DNA from: Candidatus Moraniibacteriota bacterium
Lineage (GTDB): Bacteria; Patescibacteriota; Minisyncoccia; Moranbacterales; UBA2206
NCBI GenBank assembly: GCA_049304095.1
Contig: JBAQNU010000029.1
Location: forward strand, 34,222 to 98,221
Length of the DNA: 64,000 bases
Reading direction: 5' to 3'
The translations under genes were made by a program, and so were the position numbers. The stretch's first letter is position 1, and every line of letters starts with the position of its first letter. The notes below the pieces were generated by a model. That model was not told the DNA's origin. It worked only from the letters and a program-made list of their open reading frames with translations, and ran no database searches. Positions 18,061 to 26,495 of the stretch are shown one piece after another.

Positions 18061-18627
18061 TTAAAGCGCCATATCCATAAACTCTTTTCTCTTCTCGTGG
18101 TCTTCCTTGAAAATTCCCCGGGCGTCCATTGTGGTCATTTCGCCGTTACTTTTTTTGACTCCACGCATTTCTTTGCAGAGATGTCGGGCTTTCATGATCA
18201 GGATTGTGCCTTTTGGTTTTAACTCTTTTTCAATCGCATCAAGAATTTCTCTGGTTAGAGTTTCCTGAACTTGCAGTTTGGCGCAGTAATAGTCAACTAG
18301 GCGAGCAATTTTACTCAGACCAATGATTTTGCCATTTGGGATGTAGCCAAAATAATATTCTCCAAAAAATGGCACCATATGATGTTCACAGTGGCTATAG
18401 AAATAGCCATGATCAGAAACTAGTTGCTCAGAACTTGAATTGGAATTGCTAAAGCTGGTCAACTTGGGCTTCTTTTTTAGATCATAGCCCAAAAACATTT
18501 CCTGATACATCCGCGCCACCCTATCTGGCGTGTCCCCGAGTCCCTCTCGAGATGGATTTTCGCCAAGTTCAATTAGAATATTTCTTACTAAATTTGCTAA
18601 TTTTTTCGTGTTCATATTATTCAGCAT
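18061..18627 (-). CDS. folE: GTP cyclohydrolase I
   Basis: GLGDTPDRVARMY, CEHHMVPF and GLSKIARLVDYYCAKLQVQE are signature FolE motifs. Confidence 0.85.
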   Translation of the reverse strand: MLNNMNTKKLANLVRNILIELGENPSREGLGDTPDRVARMYQEMFLGYDLKKKPKLTSFSNSNSSSEQLVSDHGYFYSHCEHHMVPFFGEYYFGYIPNGKIIGLSKIARLVDYYCAKLQVQETLTREILDAIEKELKPKGTILIMKARHLCKEMRGVKKSNGEMTTMDARGIFKEDHEKRKEFMDMAL

Positions 18628-18967
18628 AAGTTATTGATGAATTATCTGCTTCCCAAACTGTAATCGCTATATTTGTGTTTTTGTTGTTTTTAAAATTAAG
18701 CTTGATCTTATCGTGAATATATTTGGAGATTAATTCCGCTGTTGGTTCAAAAGGCAAAAGCTTGTTGAGATTTTTGTGATCAAGTTCATTCACGATTTCT
18801 TTCAACTTAGTAAAGTCGATGACCATATTTTTTTTAAGTTTTTTTGAATTTATTTCAATCAAAACTTTCCAGTTGTGGCCATGAATCGAATCGTTGCATT
18901 TTTTATCATAGGCATTGGTCAGTTGATGCGCTGCACTGAAATTTGTGGTTAATCTTAGAGTGTACAT
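18617..18967 (-). CDS. queD: 6-carboxy-5,6,7,8-tetrahydropterin synthase / 6-pyruvoyl-tetrahydropterin synthase family
   Basis: FSAAHQL and HGHNW motifs. 116 aa. The gene overlaps folE by 11 nt. Confidence 0.75.
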   Translation of the reverse strand: MYTLRLTTNFSAAHQLTNAYDKKCNDSIHGHNWKVLIEINSKKLKKNMVIDFTKLKEIVNELDHKNLNKLLPFEPTAELISKYIHDKIKLNFKNNKNTNIAITVWEADNSSITYAE

Positions 18968-18986
18968 ATTGTTGTTACTTTAAAAA

Positions 18987-19694
18987 TTATTTTATTCTTA
19001 GCTCATATAATCTCCATTTGTAATCCATGCGAAAGGGTTTTTCGGCAATGATTTGCAACTCATACCCGGCATCAATAATCATTTTTTCTAAACCATCAAA
19101 GTCTGCATTTGAATTTTCCCTCTTTCCACTTTGCAAATTAGCATGAGGCAACAAAATTCGTCCGTCATTAGTAAGATGTTTTTTAGCTTGCGCTAGAAAG
19201 TTTTTGTGGATTATGTGATTATTGTCATATAGCGCCAAGTCGATTAAGTCTTTTCCTCCGTCAAAATCAATAAAGGGAAGATTAGCTAAGATTAAATCAT
19301 ATTTTTTAGAGCTCTCAATCCTCGCGAAAAGATCTGACAATATGAATGTTATTTTTTCATCTACTTTGTTTATTTGAGCATTTTCCTTGGAACATTTTAA
19401 CGCTTCGGGATTTATATCAATCGCGTCAACATGCTTTGCTCCAAAAAGAGCTGCGCTAATTGCTTCAATTCCACTCCCCGTGCCAATGTCAGCAACTTCG
19501 GCATTCGCGAGATTAGGAAAATTCTTCACAAATTCGCCGAGCAAAAATTCTTGTTGCGGCGGAAATACTTCGGGAAAGATCTTGAGTGAAATGTTTTTTC
19601 CCACGCAATTAACACTCATCGGATATGCTCCTTTTTCAGATTCACGTTTAATTTGATTGCGAAAATAAATTGTTGATTCTGGATTGATTTTCAT
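18987..19694 (-). CDS. class I SAM-dependent methyltransferase (small-domain HemK/RsmC-like)
   Basis: DIGTGSGIEAI (motif I) and ANLPF (NPPY-like motif IV). Confidence 0.6.
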   Translation of the reverse strand: MKINPESTIYFRNQIKRESEKGAYPMSVNCVGKNISLKIFPEVFPPQQEFLLGEFVKNFPNLANAEVADIGTGSGIEAISAALFGAKHVDAIDINPEALKCSKENAQINKVDEKITFILSDLFARIESSKKYDLILANLPFIDFDGGKDLIDLALYDNNHIIHKNFLAQAKKHLTNDGRILLPHANLQSGKRENSNADFDGLEKMIIDAGYELQIIAEKPFRMDYKWRLYELRIK

Positions 19695-19761
19695 AAATTT
19701 TTTCTAATAGTTAAGTTATTTTGCTTGATTATATGAAAAATGTTGCTTGATAAAATTAGGT

Positions 19762-19794
19762 GAGTCAGGATGCCTACAATAAACATCCTGACTC
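19762..19794 (-). terminator. stem-loop (11-bp perfect stem) immediately downstream of the GC-rich methyltransferase gene
   Basis: GAGTCAGGATGcctacaataaaCATCCTGACTC. The minus-strand 3' flank is only moderately T-rich. Confidence 0.4.
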
Positions 19795-19798
19795 GTGG

Positions 19799-20557
19799 TT
19801 ATTTTTTGGCGATTACCTGCCAGAAGGCAGGGTAGCCAGTCTCGCCAGACTGGTTGCAGGCAGCCAGGGCCTCTGCCGTGACATACTTGCTTTGCGAGTG
19901 CATTACACTGAAACCTGCCTCTACTAGGAGATCCACGAGCGCCTGGTGCGGATGGCACCAAATCACCGAATGAAATACTTCTCCTAGTGAGTTGGCGTAT
20001 TCCTCACGGAATTGCTGACTCTCCGTTAGTGGCCTATCACTGAGCGGGAAATATTTTGCCCAGTTAGACCGACCGGTCCGATTTGGACTATCTACACTAA
20101 ACAAATACTCGTTTAATGTAGATACGACTACACGACCGCCAGATCTCAGAACTCGGTAAGCTTCTCGAAAAAAGCTTAGGCACTCATCGGGGCTATCCTG
20201 CAACAAAACTGCGATGCAGGCAATTGCGTCAAAGGAGTTACTGGCGTATGGCAGATTGGTGATATCTGCCATAGAATATTCAATGTCCAAAGGCTTTGAA
20301 TATTCCAAGTCTCTGGCCGCTGAGAGCAAGACTTCTGCTCTATCGCAACCAAGAACCTTTGCCCCTGACCACGCCAGCCGGCGAGTGCAAAATCCCGCGC
20401 CGCATCCGGCATCAAGGATTTTCTCTCCCACCTGTGGATTGAGCAGTTCAATAGCTGGCAGGCGACCAAGATAGTCGCCCATAACCATTAATCTGTCGCC
20501 CTTTTCGGTCCAAAATGACGCATTGTCATCGTAGACCTTTATTTCTGGAATTATCAT
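19799..20557 (-). CDS. class I SAM-dependent methyltransferase (Methyltransf_11-like), markedly GC-rich
   Basis: LDAGCGAGFCTRRL motif I. By eye the gene is roughly 50-55% GC against roughly 35% in the surrounding DNA. Confidence 0.7.
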   Translation of the reverse strand: MIIPEIKVYDDNASFWTEKGDRLMVMGDYLGRLPAIELLNPQVGEKILDAGCGAGFCTRRLAWSGAKVLGCDRAEVLLSAARDLEYSKPLDIEYSMADITNLPYASNSFDAIACIAVLLQDSPDECLSFFREAYRVLRSGGRVVVSTLNEYLFSVDSPNRTGRSNWAKYFPLSDRPLTESQQFREEYANSLGEVFHSVIWCHPHQALVDLLVEAGFSVMHSQSKYVTAEALAACNQSGETGYPAFWQVIAKK

Positions 20558-20718
20558 GGAGTTTCTCCTTTTTTCTTAGCTTAATTTAAGGTACTGCGTC
20601 TCGCTTTGGCCATTCCTCAGCTTGACTCAAAACTATACCATAAATTCAAGAAAATGGTGGAAAGTATGTCAAATTGCTAAAATAGCAAAATTAAATCAAC
20701 GTAAAAATGGCTTATTAA

Positions 20719-20747
20719 TTGACAAAATAAACTAAATTTGCTATACT
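20719..20747 (+). promoter_or_regulatory. promoter of TrmB-like paralog 3: TTGACA-N17-TATACT with the AAATTTGCTATACT motif
   Basis: ttgacaAAATAAACTAAATTTGCtatact, 30 nt upstream of the ATG at 20778. Confidence 0.5.
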
Positions 20748-20777
20748 ATTAGTGATGACATAAATAATATCATTTAT

Positions 20778-21515
20778 ATGCAAACACCCCATAAAGACCT
20801 CGAGGAAGCTGGGCTAAAAGAAAAGGAGGCTAAAATCTATCTCGCCATCCTTGAGCTTGGAGAGGCTAATATCGCTCAAATTAGCCTTAGATCAGGCATA
20901 AACCGTAGCACAGTCTATTTGGCGCTGAAAACCTTAAAAGAAAAGGGCTTGCTTTTAACTGTCAAAAAGAATAAAACGCTTTTTTATGCCGAAGATCCGC
21001 GAAAAATGCTGGGTGATTTGGAAAAAAAGAAGGTTGTGTTGGAACGGATAATGCCCAACCTTTTGGCTAGCTTTGCTTTTATTGATAATAAGCCGGAAGT
21101 AAAGTATTTCGAGGGCGAAGAAGGGATCAAGAAAATCTATGAAGACGTCCTAAAAACGCCCAACTCGGAGATGTTGGCCTGGTATTCCAATGATTATCAG
21201 GAATTTTTTGACGAAAAATTCTTTTTTGAATATTTTATTCCCGAGCGGAAAAGAAAAAAAATTTGGCTCCGCTCAATCTACCCAGAAGACCCATCAATGC
21301 GCGCCCTGGCTTCAAATAATGAGGAGCAGTTGCGCCAATCGCGCTTTATCAGCAATGAAAAATTTAAAATTGAAAGTGAAATTTGTCTTTATGAGCACAA
21401 TAAAATAGGCATCATTGCCTATAAAGATAAGCTAGGGATCATAATCTCCAGTCAGACTATTTTCAACACTTTGAAATCAATTTTTGAGGTGATGTGGGAC
21501 GGGGCAAGCAAATAA
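20778..21515 (+). CDS. TrmB-like HTH transcriptional regulator, paralog 3
   Basis: LKEKEAKIYLAILELGEANIAQISLRSGINRSTVYLALKTLKEKGLL. 245 aa. Confidence 0.7.
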   Translation: MQTPHKDLEEAGLKEKEAKIYLAILELGEANIAQISLRSGINRSTVYLALKTLKEKGLLLTVKKNKTLFYAEDPRKMLGDLEKKKVVLERIMPNLLASFAFIDNKPEVKYFEGEEGIKKIYEDVLKTPNSEMLAWYSNDYQEFFDEKFFFEYFIPERKRKKIWLRSIYPEDPSMRALASNNEEQLRQSRFISNEKFKIESEICLYEHNKIGIIAYKDKLGIIISSQTIFNTLKSIFEVMWDGASK

Positions 21516-21572
21516 TTTCTTTTATGCTATAATTCGATCAGTTACGAGGCCAACTACTAACATATTCAATAT

Positions 21573-22289
21573 ATGGAAAAACTCACTTCAACAAACGAAC
21601 TCAAAAAAGATTCCTCCATCTCTTTTTTTGATAAACACGGAAAAGAATATGTCGAAAATCAAAGAAAATTCTATTCCCAGGCTCCTGATACGGGACGTGA
21701 ATTTTTTCGAGACTCATTGCGAGCTGACATTGAAAAAATGACTATCGCTGATATCGGTTGCGGTGCCGGAGATGATCTCATAACCTACAGAGAACTAGGA
21801 GCGAAAAAAGTAATTGGGATTGAGCCGTCCCTATCCATGCTTTCTGAAGCTAAAAAAACACTCGGCGAAAACTATCCTGATATAGAACTAGTTGCTGGTA
21901 ATTGGAAGCATCTTCCCCTTGCCGACGATAGTATGGATGCCATCATGGGACGTTACTCGTTCCATGTCATGTCAGATTTTGACGAGGCCATCTTGGAAGT
22001 CGCGCGCGTTCTTAAAAAAGACGGGCTATTCTTGATTGCCGCACCTCATCCAGATCATGATGCAAAAATAGCTGCCGAACAAAATTTGAAACTGGGAGAA
22101 AAAATGAGAATTCCAATTTTCGAAGGAAAATTCATCGTTGAAAATCCTCCGCACACACTGAAAGACTATCTTTCAAAAACTTGCCTTGAAAATTTTATCC
22201 TGGAAGAACAAAAAGACTATTCGATGTTCGAAGATGAAAATGAAACCGATCCGACAGGGATATTACTAAAATTAAGAAGGAAAAACTAA
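21573..22289 (+). CDS. class I SAM-dependent methyltransferase
   Basis: IADIGCGAGDDL motif I and an acidic motif II. 238 aa. Confidence 0.7.
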   Translation: MEKLTSTNELKKDSSISFFDKHGKEYVENQRKFYSQAPDTGREFFRDSLRADIEKMTIADIGCGAGDDLITYRELGAKKVIGIEPSLSMLSEAKKTLGENYPDIELVAGNWKHLPLADDSMDAIMGRYSFHVMSDFDEAILEVARVLKKDGLFLIAAPHPDHDAKIAAEQNLKLGEKMRIPIFEGKFIVENPPHTLKDYLSKTCLENFILEEQKDYSMFEDENETDPTGILLKLRRKN

Positions 22290-22324
22290 AAAAAACAACC
22301 AGCAACAATTCTGCATTTTCCGTA

Positions 22325-22352
22325 GGGACAAATCTTGTATTTGTCCTTTTTT
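22325..22352 (+). terminator. rho-independent terminator of the methyltransferase gene
   Basis: GGACAAATcttgtATTTGTCCtttttt. Confidence 0.6.
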
Positions 22353-22395
22353 GGGGGTTTGCGGTTTCCCCATGTCTTGTGATTTTCCTGGGTTC

Positions 22396-22595
22396 GGGAC
22401 AGACACAAGGTCTGTCCCTACGATATTGTTTATAATTCCATCTGGATATATTTTCAATATTATTCCCTCCGTAGGGGTTTGATTCATCAAACCCTGGCGC
22501 GGTAAACCCTTGCAAAATAAACCCCGATTCGTCAAACCTCGACATATCCACGCCTATTGCGATTGGATTACACCTGGGTTCGATGAATCGAACCC
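22396..22595. repeat. cluster of three further perfect hairpins and short repeated motifs (ccgtaggg..., cctgggttcg...) in a 347-bp convergent intergenic region
   Basis: Hairpins GGGACAGACacaagGTCTGTCCC (22396-22418), GGGTTTGAttcaTCAAACCC (22475-22494) and GGGTTCGAtgaaTCGAACCC (22576-22595). The ccgtaggg and cctgggttcg motifs each occur twice. Confidence 0.45.
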
Positions 22596-22636
22596 CTACA
22601 ATATTTTGATTTATTTCAATTATCATGTGAATATTT

Positions 22637-22918
22637 TTATTTCATCCGAATCCGCTCCACCACCACCTCGCCAATTTCTTTGTTGATTAAATCGGCAACT
22701 TTTCCGCGATTGGTCCAAAGCTCGGTTTTCCAGACTGAGCTTTCGCTTTTTACAAACAGGGTTTTTCCGGCGAAATAGTCCGGCACAAATTTTTCGGCGC
22801 CAATATTGCCAAACTGCGCGCGAATGACTTTGCGAAAGACAAAAAAGACTGTTTTATCATCCAGCACTTGGACTTTTTTGAAGTTTTTGCCACCCAAAAG
22901 GTCGCCTAGAGCTTTCAT
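22637..22918 (-). CDS. DUF721 (DciA-like) small protein downstream of dnaN
   Basis: SSVWKTELWTNRGKVADLINKEIGEVVVERIRMK matches the DUF721 C-terminal pattern SSVW..EL...K..L..KIN...G...V..I.F. The position after dnaN is typical. Confidence 0.65.
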   Translation of the reverse strand: MKALGDLLGGKNFKKVQVLDDKTVFFVFRKVIRAQFGNIGAEKFVPDYFAGKTLFVKSESSVWKTELWTNRGKVADLINKEIGEVVVERIRMK

Positions 22919-22923
22919 AGGGA

Positions 22924-24087
22924 CTAATTTTTAATTGGCATCACGATATAGGTAAAGCCAGTGACAAGCTCTCCATTTTCAGAAGCCACCTCACGCAATG
23001 CCACTGGCGAAGCATCACTGTTGGCTAGGAGAGCTAGTTTATTAGAGGTGATAGCGTTGATTCCTTCAAGAAGATATTTCAGATTGAAAACCACCTCTTG
23101 AGATGCGCCCTGCACTTCAAATTTAATCTCAGTGGAGTTTTCACCCACTTCCGCGCTCTTGGTGTTGAGAAAAATATTTTTCGCCGTCTCGTCGATTTTA
23201 AGCACCACTTCACTGGATTTACTATTCACAAAAACTCCCGCGATTTTTAGCGCATTTTGTAATATCTTTTTTTCTCCTAAGATAGTTGTTTTATAACTCT
23301 CCGGCATAATATGCTTATATTCAGGATATTTTCCATTAATGAGGCGCGAAACAATTTTTATTCCATCAACCTCAAAAAATATCTGTCCTTCTTCAATAAA
23401 AATTTGCACCACACTTTTTTCATCCAAATTACCAGAAATAATCCGATTAAGTTCCACTATTGTGCTCGCGGGAACAATAATACTTTTGGTTTTTTCCATA
23501 AAACTTTGATATCTCACTAGATCACACTCACAATCCGTGATCGCTAGCACATATTCTGATAAACGAAAACCATCAGTGGAAGCAAAAAAGATAAATTTTT
23601 CATCAAAAACCACATTTATCCCAGAAAGTTCCTGTCTAGCGTCACTGCGCGCAACGGAAATTAAAATTTTAGCAAAAATATCCCGCAAGCGCCCACTAGA
23701 AACACCCAAAATTGCTTCGGTGCTTTTTTGAGGAATAAGTGGAAAATCTTCCGCTGAAAAACCTTTAATATTTGCCTTTGTTAGGCCACTTTTTATTTTC
23801 AAATTATCTCCATTTTTTTCTAATTCAATATTCTCTCCATCAATTAAATTAGTAGAAAAACTACCCAAAAACTTAGCTGGAATAGTGATTTTCCCTTCCT
23901 GCTCAATTTTCGCTCCAATTTTAATTTCAATTCCAATCTCTAAATTTGTTGCCACAACCTTCAGATAACTCTTAGTTGCTTCAAGGAGGATATTATTTAA
24001 GATTGGTAGTGAATTTTGCTTAGATACAATTCGTTCAGAATTAATAATGGCTTTTTTAAAATTCTCTCCTGTGCAAATCAGTTTCAT
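22924..24087 (-). CDS. dnaN: DNA polymerase III beta sliding clamp
   Basis: 387 aa three-domain clamp. N-terminal MKLICTGENFKKAI..SLPILNNILLEA. It lies directly downstream of dnaA and oriC. Confidence 0.9.
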   Translation of the reverse strand: MKLICTGENFKKAIINSERIVSKQNSLPILNNILLEATKSYLKVVATNLEIGIEIKIGAKIEQEGKITIPAKFLGSFSTNLIDGENIELEKNGDNLKIKSGLTKANIKGFSAEDFPLIPQKSTEAILGVSSGRLRDIFAKILISVARSDARQELSGINVVFDEKFIFFASTDGFRLSEYVLAITDCECDLVRYQSFMEKTKSIIVPASTIVELNRIISGNLDEKSVVQIFIEEGQIFFEVDGIKIVSRLINGKYPEYKHIMPESYKTTILGEKKILQNALKIAGVFVNSKSSEVVLKIDETAKNIFLNTKSAEVGENSTEIKFEVQGASQEVVFNLKYLLEGINAITSNKLALLANSDASPVALREVASENGELVTGFTYIVMPIKN

Positions 24088-24353
24088 ATTAGTATTCTTT
24101 ATTATTAAATATTTAAAAGACTTATTGTTATTATTGAGTAAGGTATATCTGGGGATAAGTATGTTTTTTAGTTTAGTTATGGGATAGGTGTGGTGATTAA
24201 GTTGTGGATAAGTGTTGGTTTTTGAGGATTTGAGGTTGTGGATAGGGATTGGCGTGTTTTTGGTTGGGATGGTTTATTTCAGTTAATTAACAGGTTGTGG
24301 TGGGGGTTATGCTCTGAATATGGGGAGGTTCTAAACAACTTATACACAAGTTA
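24088..24353. promoter_or_regulatory. putative oriC: DnaA-box cluster plus an AT-rich stretch between dnaA and dnaN
   Basis: TGTGGATAA (perfect box, about 24204-24212), TGTGGATAG, TGGGGATAA and TTATACACA within roughly 200 bp. AT-rich DUE-like run at 24090-24140. Confidence 0.6.
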
Positions 24354-25742
24354 TTAGACTATTTTGTAAATTTGCTCTTGAATTGCGGTGAGCTCTTCTT
24401 TTAATTTTTGATCTTTTTCCAAATCCTTAGTTATTTTCTCATAAGCGTGAATGGCGGTGGTGTGATCTCGGCCACCCATTTTTTCCCCAATACCAGGAAA
24501 TGAACAATCCAACTCGCTACGCATAAGATACATGGCGATTTGACGGGGGCGAATAATCTCCTTTTTGCGGTTTTTTGCGACTAGTTCGTCAAGAGTGGTG
24601 TCATAAAAAAGAGCAACAGCTTTGAAGATATGTTTATAGGTAACACCCTTCTTTTTTCCACTGGAAATTAGTTCTGAGAGTTGTGCCTCGGCAAAAGTCT
24701 TGGTGATTTCATTAATATTGCCTAGTTGCGCCAAGACGGCGAGGCGGTTTAGGGCGCCTTCCAGCTCGCGGATGTTGTTTTTAATGTTTGTGGCAATGAA
24801 TAGCAGCGCGTTGTCATCAATGGGAATGTGCTCCGCAACAGCTTTTTTCTTAAGAATAGCGATTCTAGTTTCGAGATCGGGTTTTGAAACATCGGCGATC
24901 ATTCCGCCCTCAAAGCGTGAGCGCAAACGATCTTCCAGAATTTGAATTTCTTTGGGTGGTCGGTCGCTAGTGAGGACGATTTGCTTGTTTAGTTGATAGA
25001 GGAAGTTAAAAATGTGAAAAAATTCTTCCTGGGTTTTTTCTTTGCCTGAAATAAATTGAATGTCGTCAATAATTAAAATATCAATTTTTTGATAATAGGC
25101 TTTAAATTCGTTAATTTTTTGATTTTGGAGTGCGTCTACCAGGTTCGCTGTGAATCTTTCTGAGGTGATGTATTTTATGCGAAAACCGGGATCTGTTTTG
25201 AGTAGCTCATTGCCAATCGATTGAGCGAGGTGGGTCTTTCCCAGTCCCACGCCTCCATAGAGAAAAAGAGGATTGTAGATACGGCCTAGGTTTTGTGAAA
25301 CAGCGAAGCAGGCCGCTCTAGCTAACTCATTGTTGGAGCCAACTACAAAGTTTTCAAAAGTATATTTTGGATTAAGATTATTTTCTAGGTCGATAGGTGT
25401 TGCTTCGGCGTAGGTTTGGTTTCTTGCCGGTTGTTTTGGTGGCGCAATAATCGCATCCATCATCACCTCTCGGCGGATGGGCTTTTCTGTTTCTTTTGTG
25501 GCATCAATGACGCAAGAAATTGATTTGATGTCAGGTTGAATATTGCGAAGAGCCTTTAGGATGTGAGAATTGAATTTATTTTCCAGCCATTCTTTGGCAA
25601 AACCATTAGGAACGCTGATTATGACGTGCCCAGAGTTGTTTGATTGAATGGCGGTTTTTTTAAACCAAGTGATGAAGGTAGCCCTTGAAAGAGAGACCTC
25701 GATTTCAGCTAAAGTGGCTTGCCAAAGCTCTTCGTTGGTCAT
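24354..25742 (-). CDS. dnaA: chromosomal replication initiator DnaA
   Basis: AAA+ Walker A GGVGLGKTHL. The C-terminal DNA-binding domain IAMYLMRSELDCSFPGIGEKMGGRDHTTAIHAYEKI is a DnaA signature. Confidence 0.95.
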   Translation of the reverse strand: MTNEELWQATLAEIEVSLSRATFITWFKKTAIQSNNSGHVIISVPNGFAKEWLENKFNSHILKALRNIQPDIKSISCVIDATKETEKPIRREVMMDAIIAPPKQPARNQTYAEATPIDLENNLNPKYTFENFVVGSNNELARAACFAVSQNLGRIYNPLFLYGGVGLGKTHLAQSIGNELLKTDPGFRIKYITSERFTANLVDALQNQKINEFKAYYQKIDILIIDDIQFISGKEKTQEEFFHIFNFLYQLNKQIVLTSDRPPKEIQILEDRLRSRFEGGMIADVSKPDLETRIAILKKKAVAEHIPIDDNALLFIATNIKNNIRELEGALNRLAVLAQLGNINEITKTFAEAQLSELISSGKKKGVTYKHIFKAVALFYDTTLDELVAKNRKKEIIRPRQIAMYLMRSELDCSFPGIGEKMGGRDHTTAIHAYEKITKDLEKDQKLKEELTAIQEQIYKIV

Positions 25743-25977
25743 GGGAATGGTGGAAAATAATTAGAAATATAGAACGCAATTTAAGGCGTTGCTATTTAGA
25801 GAGAGTATAGCACAGCAAAAACAAATCGCAAGAAAAATGGTGCATAAATCTGGGGATAAGCTGTGTATAGACATGTAAAACCTATTTTTGGCCGTAGTTA
25901 GTTGACTTTTTTGGGGATTATTGGTAAGCTTTGAATACGTCTAGGAACTAATTATTTAAGGAGCAGACTCTAAAAAT

Positions 25978-26115
25978 ATGAGCGAGACATATAAGCCAAA
26001 AAGCCTAAAAAGAGCGAGAAGACACGGCTTTAGAAAAAGAAATAGCACTCCTTCGGGGCAAAATGTTTTGAAAGCAAGGCGCAGAAGTGGTCGGGCAAAG
26101 CTTACGACAGTTTAA
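25978..26115 (+). CDS. rpmH: 50S ribosomal protein L34 (45 aa; absent from the ORF track because it is under 60 aa)
   Basis: MSETYKPKSLKRARRHGFRKRNSTPSGQNVLKARRRSGRAKLTTV follows the L34 consensus [50 protein letters not shown] lies upstream. Confidence 0.85.
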   Translation: MSETYKPKSLKRARRHGFRKRNSTPSGQNVLKARRRSGRAKLTTV

Positions 26116-26139
26116 TTGTTTTTTAAAAAAACAAACTGG

Positions 26140-26475
26140 ATGTTGCCTTTCCAAAATAGACTAAAAAACAAAGAAGACTTTGAAAAGACTTATCGCTATG
26201 GAAAGTCTCTTTTTTGTGATAAACTAGTGATGAGGGTGGCGAAAAACGGGCTTCCGGTTGTGCGCGTTGGCATTTCTATTGGAGTGAACTTCTCAAAAAG
26301 TGCCGTTTTGCGCAATCAGTTAAAGCGTCAAATTAGAGCATTCTTTCGAGCGGAGTTAGAAAAAATCAAGCCCGGGCAAGATATTGTTATCATTTTGCAA
26401 AAAGGCTATGACTCTTCCAAAAGTCCAGTCGAAATTATTTCAAAGTTACTTGCCAAGAGTGGTCAATATATCTAA
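26140..26475 (+). CDS. rnpA: ribonuclease P protein component
   Basis: Basic 110-aa protein directly after rpmH. LPFQNRLKNKEDFEKTYRYGKS is RnpA-like. Start taken at the ATG at 26140; the ORF track begins at TTG 26116. Confidence 0.75.
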   Translation: MLPFQNRLKNKEDFEKTYRYGKSLFCDKLVMRVAKNGLPVVRVGISIGVNFSKSAVLRNQLKRQIRAFFRAELEKIKPGQDIVIILQKGYDSSKSPVEIISKLLAKSGQYI

Positions 26476-26495
26476 AAATTATTATTTAAAACAAA

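Noticed and set aside
22560-22600. Possible tRNA: the hairpin GGGTTCGAtgaaTCGAACCC resembles a T-arm.
   Set aside because: The loop is 4 nt, not 7. No acceptor or anticodon stem partners were found on either strand. At most it is a degraded remnant.
22195-22626. 143-aa and 87-aa minus-strand ORFs across the hairpin-rich intergenic region.
   Set aside because: The region is dominated by perfect hairpins and repeats. The translations are Pro/Gly-rich read-throughs of stems. There are no start signals.
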